This document shows positions 37,534 to 45,974 of a stretch of 45,974 bases of DNA, one piece after another. Under the pieces are notes generated by a model. That model was given only the letters and a program-made list of their open reading frames with translations, ran no database searches and had not been told where the DNA came from. The stretch spans positions 1-45,974 of the forward strand of contig PS015653.1 of the NCBI GenBank assembly GCA_048213135.1, read 5' to 3'. The translations under genes were made by a program, and so were the position numbers. The DNA comes from Reclinomonas americana ATCC 50394. Taxonomy: Eukaryota. Within the stretch, counting starts at the first letter, position 1; every line of letters begins with the position of its first letter.

Positions 37534-38794
37534 ATGTCGATGCTGTGGTTTGTCACGGGCTTTCTGTGCGGCGTGCTGACCATGTTGGGCGCGTTGATGG
37601 CGCTCTTCTGTCGCTTTGGGCCACCGGCGCGGCGCACGGCCGAACGCATGATGCGTCGCCGACAACAGTTACAAGAGGCCGCTGCTGCAGCAGCGGCAGC
37701 AGCTGAGGACTCTAGCAGTGGATCGTCAGTGTCGCACATTGCTGGTGGTGGCAGTGGTGTGGCGGCTTCGGCGGTGGCTGGACGACACGTGCATCATCCG
37801 ACTCGACATGCTGTTGCGCGCTGGAGGGGGGAATGCCACGCGTCCTTCTTCGTTTTCTGACTTGCGCGTGCGTGCACAGGTTCCGGTGCAGAAGCAGCCG
37901 GAGGACTGCGACTGGTTGAATGTGATGCTCTTCAAGATCTACAATGAGGTGCTGCATGAGGTGCGGCCGCAGATTGAGTCGCATGTGCGCGATCGTCTCG
38001 ATGGACTCCAGTTGCAGGATGCGATCGTTGCGTGCATGCTCCGCCCGCTGTGTGTGTCTGTTCTCACTCGTCTGGCGGGTCGACAGGCGCCACTGGAGCT
38101 GCGACACTTCTCACTCGGCCATGCGTTGCCGGTGTTCTCCAACTTGGAGGTGTCGAATGCGGCTGACGATAGTCGCTTGGTGCGTTTTGCAGTCGTGTGT
38201 TGTCGAGCACATGGTGCTAACACGGTGTGTGCTGCTGGTGCAGTCGATTCAAGTGGATGTGGAGTACAAAGGCGACGCCACCATGAACTTTGCCACGGAG
38301 CTGTCGTGGTTTTCGATGAGTCTGCCCGTTGACATTACTGTGTCGGCTGTGATCCTGCGTGCACGGGTGCGGTATTGTGCGTGCGTGTGCGAGGCGTACA
38401 GGCTTGTACTCAATCAATCCCTCCGCAGTTGTGCATCGACGTGCGGCGAGAACCGCACAGCCATCACATGGTCATCGATGTGTCGATGCTGCGAGAGCCC
38501 GAGTTGGACTACAAGTTTGAGAGTATCGTCGGGCATCCGGCACGCATGCGCAACAACGAAGCCGTGGAGCAAATGGTGAAGGATCAGGTGCTCGAGTCGA
38601 TCCACCGCCTCGTGCGACCCAACAAGATCACCATCAAGTTCGCCAACCCACTCGTCAAGGTGCAGCAACTACAACAACAGCAACAGCAGCAGCAGCAGCA
38701 GCAGCATCTCGCCCAGGCGCCGTCGCAGGCGATGTCGGGACCGTCACACGCAGCAGCAGCGCACCATCACCAGCATCCCCACTCACCACAATAA
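37534..38794 (+). CDS. SMP/TULIP-domain lipid-transfer protein with N-terminal TM (Mmm1/PDZD8-like)
   Basis: N-terminal TM (LWFVTGFLCGVLTMLGALMALF); PEDCDWLNVML, LRHFSLGHALP, VDVEYKG, EPELDYKFESIVG, LVRPNKITIKF; poly-Q tail. Confidence 0.8.
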
Positions 38795-38819
38795 ACAGAG
38801 CAACAAAAAACATTCATTA

Positions 38820-39423
38820 TCAGAAGGAGAACTGACTTGTCATCCGGTGCGACTCGACCAGCACCAGATTCACCTCAAAGTGCAAGTTGCGCTTCTCCGT
38901 GTCCATGCGCGTCAGGAACTTGTAGATGACACGCACCGTGGAGCGACGAAACCCCAGGAACAAAACACCATTGCGCTCAGGCAGGAAGCTGACAATGCGA
39001 CGTTCCGACGGCGTTCCCGGCGGCTCCGGCTCCAACACACCAGCCACGTGCTGCACAAACGCCGCAATGTATCGCTGCACTGCTCGTGTCAGCGTTGTGT
39101 TCTGCAGGAAGATGTAGTACGGCTCGCGAGTGTCGCCCTCCGCAGCATCGCCGACAGATCTGCGCGACACGAATCAATGCACGGTTGGCCTCCTGGCGCC
39201 CCCTCCCCTTCTTCTGCTCACACTGCACCTGCGTAATGGAGGCGCTGATGCCGACGCACTGACGAGGGGATAGCACGAGAGAGATGAGCGTGGGAATGCA
39301 TGAGGCTCGACAAGTGCATCCTCACCTGTTTTCGTCAGGTGGTGGCGCCGCTGTGGAGGTCACTAATGGTGGTGGCGGTGATACCGATGGGGGAGCAGCA
39401 GCAGCAGTGGGTGGTGTGGACAT
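38820..39423 (-). CDS. Hypothetical protein of about 160 aa, 3 exons
   Basis: ATG TCC ACA CCA... joins through two phase-2 GT-AG introns to EPYYIFLQNTTLTRAVQRYIAAFVQ...LHFEVNLVLVESHRMTSQFSF*. Confidence 0.55.
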
Positions 39424-39515
39424 GCGCTCGCTGCAGAGTCAATCACGTGGTCCTTGAGCGTCCTGCTGAACAGTGCCCGCAGCGGCAGGCCTGCCATGCG
39501 TGAGTGAGAGCTTCG

Positions 39516-39757
39516 ATGACATCGGTGGACGAAGAAGATGAGGAGGATGACGAAGACGTGGTGGTGCTGCTCACTGCCGAGCGGACGAGGATAGAGCCAG
39601 TGGGCAGGTCTGTACGGGTCGTCGAGTGTGTTGTGTGTTGTCGTCTCACATCGTGCATTCCCGGTCCAGCGTGGATTCGCTGCTTATGAGTGGTACGGTG
39701 GACGAACTGCTGATTGCTGCCGTCAAGGCCACACACGGTCGGTGAGAGAGAGAGAGA

Positions 39758-39794
<37 letters not shown>

Positions 39795-40586
39795 CCTTGG
39801 TGTCAGTCAACAATGGCTTGCGCTAATCGCTTGCACAGAGTTGCATGCCGCTTTGATCCACGTCTCCCAATGTCCACGGTAATCACCTTTGCAGTTACGT
39901 GGAGGGAAGGAAGGGACTGTGCCTGTTTCACCAGCTGACTTGGTGTGCAGCTGGCGGATCAACACGCTCAGCATCTGCTAGGCTCCTACAGCGGCATGGA
40001 GGCTGTGATGTATCTGTACGAGAAACTAGGCCTGTGGACCGTGCTTCCTGATCATGCGATATCGCTGACAGCGCGAGGTGTGTGGCGCAGGTTGCTACAA
40101 GCAGTCAAGTCACCGCTTAACTCACCCGTCGATGCAAATGCAGGAATGCGTCGAGGATTGACGTGCAGACCCGGCACACTGGATCGCTTGTGTGATGCCG
40201 ACACTCATGTGTGGCAGAGCAAGTGGGGCGCGGAACTGGTTTGCAGCGTTACCACGTACTTGGTGAGCGATGGGAGAAGTAGCATCATTTTTTCTGATGA
40301 CTCATCCAGTCCCCATCAGCGACGCCACAGACGTGTACCGCCGCTGGTGGACTTTCTCAAGAGTCGACAGCATACCGTCATTGATGATGATGACGACGAC
40401 GAAGAAAGGAAGCGCGGTGAGTGCGCTTGCTTGAGCAGAGAGTCTCTCCTCCGACTGAATGGTGCTCACGTTCGCCACGCAGCATCCGCCGTGCTCCCCG
40501 AACCAGCCGCACCGCGCATGGAGTTTGTGCCACACTGGCACACCATGGACTATCACAGTGGCGACGATGATGAATACGACGAATAG
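39516..40586 (+). CDS. Hypothetical protein, multi-exon
   Basis: Frame-consistent splicing MTSVDEEDEE...SVDSLLMSG...GRVACRFDPRLPMSTLADQHAQHLLG...WHTMDYHSGDDDEYDE*. Start codon uncertain. Confidence 0.5.
39758..39793. repeat. Intronic (GAT)n microsatellite
   Basis: Tandem gat units following a (GA)n run. Confidence 0.9.
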
Positions 40587-40879
40587 AGAGAGATACAAGT
40601 TATACAGCCGGTACAATCAGTAGAATTCGCGATCCGTGGTGGTGGTGGTGGCTGATGCGCACCGTATGTGGGACAGCAGCAGCAGCAGCAGCAGCAAAGA
40701 GTGTGTGTAGTGATGACGGGGAAGGAGGAGAAGATGGTGGTGAGTGTGCGCAGAGGCACACACGCTCACGAGATGCACACGTTTGCACGTGGCCGCACGG
40801 ATCACTGAGGATGACAAAACAGACAGAGTGCGAGAGAGAGAAAGAGAAAGAAGTAATGCGCTGCGAAACAGAAAACCGA

Positions 40880-42183
40880 TTATGTGGATGACGAGGCGCC
40901 TGATGAGGAGCCGCCAAGTGTCACCGACGAAGTGGTGCTCGCCACGTTCGGGCAGTTCTCGACAATCCACGGGTGCTTCAGCACATCCTCAAAGTTCATG
41001 CGCTTCTTCGGGTTCTTGACCAGCAACTGTGTGTGTGCACAAAGAGTGAGCGAATGGGATAAAAGAAGAGTCGAGAGATATGAAACAATGTACGCACCCT
41101 GGTGATCAAGTCGCGTGCACTCTCCGACACATAGTCGGGGAACCTCAAGTCGACCTTGGCGATGCGGCGATATGTCTCCTGGTGGCCCTGAGCCTCGAAA
41201 GGTGGCTGACCGACGAGGAACTCGTAGCAGAGAACGCCGAGGCTCCAGTTGTCCACGTTCTCGTCGTGCGGCTCACCCTCCACCATCTCCGGCGGCAGGT
41301 AATCGAGAGTGCCGCAGAGGGTGGTGCGTCGCGAGTTGGGAGCGTGTACACTCCAGCCAAAGTCGGCAATCTTCAGGTTGCCTCGGTGGTCGAGCAGCAG
41401 ATTCTCGGGCTTGATGTCACGATGAATGACATGCTTCTGGTGCAAGTAGATCAGTGCGTCGGCCAGTTGCGCAATGTACTGTTGGTTGTTGCGCACGCAC
41501 ATCATGTGAGCTTCCTCGTTGAATGCACACAAGCGTAAGATAGTGACAAACCGTGGCAGCACGCTGCTCGTCAAAGCGGCCTTGCTTCTGGAGTTCCTTG
41601 TACAACTCGCCCTTGGCGGCGTACTCCAGAATCAGATACACGCGGTTCTGATCGTGGAAGTAGCCGTACAGACGCAGGATGTTCTTGTGGCGCAGGTGGG
41701 CCTGGATCTCGATTTCGCGGCGCAGCTGGTGCTCCACATTGGCCTTCTTCAGCTGGTTCTTGAACAACACCTTCAGCGCGACAATGTACTTGGTGCGCTT
41801 CTCGCGCGCCAGGTACACGTTGCCGAACTTGCCACGACCCAGCGGCTTGCCAATGTCGAAATCGGTCAGCTTCCAAGTCTGCGTCGCCGGGGCGGCCGCA
41901 GTCGAGGAGGAGGACGACGACGACGAGCCAGCGGCTGCGGACACTGGTGCTGACGATGACGAGGCACCAACCACGGTGGTGGTGGTGGTGGTGGTCTTGG
42001 TGAACCTGCAGCACGGGGTGGTCAGACAACTGCGAAGGCGATGAAATGGAACCAGCGCTGTTGTTCTCTCTCTCTCACCTGGCCTTCTCGCTGGCCATGC
42101 TGTCCACAGTCACGTGGCGCTCGCTCTCGTTGATGGCGGTGGAATCCTTGAAAGCGATGGTTGTCTTGCTCGAAAACGTCGCC
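40880..42183 (-). CDS. Aurora-family Ser/Thr kinase (5' end unresolved, may extend to 42946)
   Basis: [88 protein letters not shown]. Stop TAA at 40880-40882. Confidence 0.97.
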
Positions 42184-42399
42184 TGCAGCACAGAGAGAGA
42201 AATTAGCCTCGGATGAATTTGCCCAAAGCGATCACATGCGCCCCTTTCGAGTGCACATTGCGCGGCGACACTGCACAACGTCGTTGCGCAGTGGAGAGAT
42301 GGAGGGCGCAGAGGCAGTGGATAGAGTGGCGAAGCAGGAACAGGGGGACAGGAGAGAGGAATGATGTGTTTGAACTGTGCATGCACGCGCCCATCGGAA

Positions 42400-42946
42400 G
42401 CACGCAGGCCGTTGCACTCGACACAATTACACAAGACGTGCACCTCACAGAGAGACGTGCACGCACATGCACACACACAGGAATGTGNNNNNNNNNNNNN
42501 NNNNNNNGTCCACAGCAGATGCTGTGGATGGTGTGAGAGTATGATGCACACACACACTCACAAACAATCACAAAGACACACAGAGGCGCACGTGCACACA
42601 CACACACGTGCATGTACACACATGCTCTCTCTCTCTCTCTCTCTCGCACCATCTTGTAGGTAATGCCGCAGATAAAGCATGATTTGGGATCATGCTGCTC
42701 AATCAAGGGTTGCGGTGATGCGTCAGGCTGCAAGTGTGCACCGCTCAGCGGCGCCACACTTGCTGCAGGCGCGAGAGCAGTCGGAGGTGTGAGAGAAGAG
42801 GAGAGGGAGACAACGTGTGAGATGCAACACAGTGGCCGCAACGATGTCCGAGCTCGTTTGACGGGCGGCTGCTGCTCAATGGTGTCGTTGCTGTCGTCAG
42901 CGGCGGTGGTAGCTGCAGCGGGAGACCTCTCGCGATTGCCGCTCAT
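42400..42946 (-). CDS. Upstream coding exons: N-terminal extension of the Aurora gene or a separate short gene
   Basis: MSGNRERSP...PPVKRART (NLS-like) and EQHDPKSCFICGITYKM|GTGCG...CAG|HLLW. A 20-N gap at 42488-42507 prevents resolution. Confidence 0.4.
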
Positions 42947-42951
42947 ATAAG

Positions 42952-45934
42952 TTGAACGGCTCGGTCGACGACACTGTGTCTTTCTACCAGCAACTTACGG
43001 CCGCCGTCGACAACCCACCGACTGACTGGCCCGACCTTCAAGATCTCGGCATCGCTGGCGAAGCCGACTCCCGCATGCCTGACGTTCAACACACCTTGGC
43101 CGCCCAAGAGTCTCCACTCTGCAACACCGTGGTCACTGTGTCGAATGTTCGGAAACTGCTGAAGTCGCTTCACAAGGCGGTGGCGACTGGCTTGGATGGC
43201 GTGCCGTACGAGGTCTTCCAGTACTTTGCCGACCGCAAGGGCGACACTGAGGTAATGGGCTGGGTTGACATGGTGGCTGACATCATCCAGATTGCTCTGT
43301 GGTCCTGCCGGTCGCCGCACTCCATCCGCATGCGCCGCATCATTCACATCTGGAAGGGCAAGGGCGACATCGTCAACAACACCGACAACCTCGACCAGTT
43401 CCGCCCCATCTCGCTGCAAGTGGCACTGTACAAGATCATCAACCTCTACTTCCTCCGCAACGTCCTCCAGCCGATTGCGCACATGGTCGACCTGTTATGC
43501 GACGAATAGCAAGGCTTCCGCTTCGGCTCCGACGGCTGCCTGCAACACCACTTTGTCGGTCAGAGTGTGATCGACGATTTCTGCAACAACATCAACCATT
43601 ACGGTTCCCTCAGCCCTGTTCCAGCTCCCAACCCTCCTGACCAACACAACTGCCTGGTGGTCCTCAAGCTTGACAGCAAGCGCGCTTACGACAGTGTTCC
43701 CCCTGCTCTTGTTCGTTTTGTGCTTGAGAAGATGTGCTTCCCCCTTTACATCACGCATTATTTGATGGACTGGATCGAGTTCCAGCCTTTCGTGGCATCC
43801 CTCGACAACTTTCAGGTGACACCTGTCATGTTGTCTTCTCGGGGTGTTCCGCAAGGTGATGTCCTCAGTCCTTTTGTCTACAGTGTCATCGCATCTGTGT
43901 TCATTCGCGACGTTCGCGCCCTTCGTGTTGGTTACTCTTTCTGTGATTCCGCCATTCGTGTGTGTGTTTCTGCATTTGCCGATGATCGTCACGTGGTGGT
44001 GTCTTCCGTTCGTGAGGCGCAGCTGGTCCTGGATCTGTCCAAGCGTTTGACCGAGTGGTCTGGCATTGCCGACAACCCGCAGAAGTCATTGGTGTTGGCT
44101 CTGGTCCAATGCATGTGCAGAACTTTGCGCGGCGGAGGAGTTTGATCCCGAGCTGCTGATGGCTGGCACTGCGTTGCGATCCATGTCATCTGTCATGATC
44201 ACTGAGTGCGATCGTTGGCTTGGCTACCCGTTCTACTCACCGACTCGTACAAGTGAGGCGAAGAAGCAAGTGGCAGCTCTTCACGCCATCAAGAAGTCGT
44301 CGCTGTTGCCGCTCCAGAAGGTGGATGCTGTTCTCCCCAAGGTCACCTTTGTCATGTCTGCCGTGGAGCTTCAGCTGAACGTGCTCGCCCAATTCGACCG
44401 CAAGATCCGCGACAGCATCCGACTCTGCCTTGGCCTCGACAACGACTCCGGCACTCCCTTCCTCTACACTCCGCTGTCGAAAGGTGGTCTCGGCCTGTAC
44501 TCTGTGGTGGAGCGAGCGGCCTAGCTATAGGCCTCTCTGTTGATCAACTCGGCGGTACCGGTGAAGCTGTTGACACACCGCCGACCGCTGACTCGCCGTG
44601 TGGCGGAGCACATGCTCCACTGCTCGGTGAAGGTGGCCGGTGGTCGTGTTGATGACTACTCGCGATTGCCGACTGCTGGTTTGGTGGCCAAGTACCGGCA
44701 GACGAACGAGGTCACAGACATCAATCGCCAACAGCTGCTCGCCACAGCGGTATGTCTCTGTGTGTTTGTCTCCTGTTGTCTCTCCGGCTGGTGCTGCTGC
44801 GGTTGCTCCTGGTGCTTGTGCACATGTGCTCGGTTCCAACAAGTGGCCACTGATCCGAATGCTCCTCGCCGCGCTGTTCGCTCCAATCTGATGGGTGTTG
44901 CTCTCGGGCACGCTCTGAAGTTGGGTGTCAGTGTGGAGGCGCATCCGGCTGCTGCTGCTGGTTAGCCTCCGCTGGTGGTCGGACGGCTGGCTGACGGTGG
45001 TGTTGTGTTTCCCTATGCCTCTCGCTTTTTACCTGCGATGTCACACTTCTACTCCAAGCGCCACATTGTGAGCTGGAAGGCCTTGCGGATCCGGAGGTGT
45101 GGTGCCTTTGTCGACTCTCTGCAGAAGGCTGCTGCTGGAACCCATGACGTTGTGGCTCAGGGCAACGGCATCAGCGAGAAGGAGCAGCGCTTCCTGTGCA
45201 AGATGCGGACCAACTCCGTCATGCTCAACAACAAGGCGGCGGTCTTCAACGGCGACCCTGGTGGCCCTGCCTCGCTGTGCCCACTCTGTGGCAAGGGGTC
45301 GACGTCGGAGTCGCTCGGTCACTTGCTCAACGGCTGTGAAAAGCTGAAGGGCTTGTGGACGACGCACCATGGCCACGACAACTTGCTTGACGTCCTTCGA
45401 ATTCAAGCGGCTCTGGTGCGGCGCCCCAAGGTGGACGGTGTGGCGTGCCAGCTGGTGCGCGAGCGTGTCGACGTCGACTTGCTGCCCGCGGCGGTGGACT
45501 TTGCCAACCACGCCAACTTGGCCAGGCTCAAGCCGGACCTCACCCTGGTTCATACCAGAGAGGGGACTGGTGAGATCTGCTCGGTCCAGGTGGTGGAGCT
45601 GACGTGCCCCTTCGCCAACGGAGACTCGGGCAAGTCTGCTGTCAACGGCAAGAAGGCCAAGTACGACTCGTTGGTCAAGGCCATCAAGCAGAAGGTTGGC
45701 GATCAGGCCAAGGTCGAGCTGGTGGTGCTCCCTGTGACCTCGATTGGCACGGCTCCAACGTTGGTGTCGACTGGCCTCCGTCGTCTCGGCGTGCACAACG
45801 TCCGACAGTGCATCTCTCGCCTTTGCACGACAAGCGTACGTACAAGTTACTCGATGTTTGTCCAACGATGCAAGGGAGTAGGTGGTGCACAGGTTCAGGC
45901 CGGAGTGCAGCTTGCTCATGGTGGCGTGGTGTGA
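42952..45934 (+). mobile_element. 5'-truncated, degenerate non-LTR retrotransposon of the restriction-like endonuclease (R2/R4/NeSL/CRE) group
   Basis: RT motifs ATGLDGVPY, FRPISL, QGF, LDSKRAYDSV, GVPQGDVLSP, AFADD, NPQKS, WLG, LYTPLSKGGLGL. CCHC knuckle CPLCG...ESLGHLLNGC. RLE motifs KPDL...VELTCPF...KKAKY. Four in-frame TAG stops and one frameshift near 44100-44145. Confidence 0.92.
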
Positions 45935-45974
45935 GAGAAGTAACAGTTTCCCAATGCTTGCCCCATGGCCACTG

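Noticed and set aside
1440-40586. Host genetic code with UAG reassigned to Gln
   Set aside because: Several host genes appear to end in TAG (1442, 23093, 27666, 33819, 40586), and I saw no in-frame TAG in conserved host exons.
44095-44145. Tiny intron explaining the retroelement frameshift
   Set aside because: No GT-AG pair of the required phase; treated as a true indel.
1-45974. CRISPR arrays, operons, tRNA/rRNA genes, U12-type (AT-AC or GTATCCT) introns
   Set aside because: None recognised by eye. Repeats are simple microsatellites and the DNA is clearly eukaryotic. Small RNA genes cannot be excluded without covariance-model searches.

Overview
Compact, GC-rich, intron-dense eukaryotic DNA, most likely from a flagellated protist (CEP295-like and CCDC33-like genes, PEX7, COMMD9). 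The ORF track is largely misleading because genes are split by many short (about 60-110 nt) GT-AG introns rich in (CA)n/(GA)n. Manual splicing gives about 18 genes in nearly strict alternating orientation: a membrane protein (3' part), a PH-domain protein, a coiled-coil protein, a large 3xPH-TKL kinase-helical repeat-dual-specificity phosphatase gene, a CinA-like/HxGH nucleotidyltransferase, COMMD9, a coiled-coil large Rab-like GTPase, a CEP295-like protein, a C-factor-like SDR, Old Yellow Enzyme, a PLAC8 protein, CCDC33, PEX7, a histidine acid phosphatase, an SMP/TULIP lipid-transfer protein, two unknown genes and Aurora kinase. A 5'-truncated, decayed RLE-type non-LTR retrotransposon follows. 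Three observations stand out. (1) A second 5' splice-site class, N|GTTGCG, lacks G+5, looks shifted by one base, and almost always follows a non-G exon base. (2) The kinase and phosphatase appear fused in one gene. (3) The retrotransposon carries an intron-like insert, and all its premature stops are TAG. All gene models and family calls come from reading the sequence by eye; no database searches were run.
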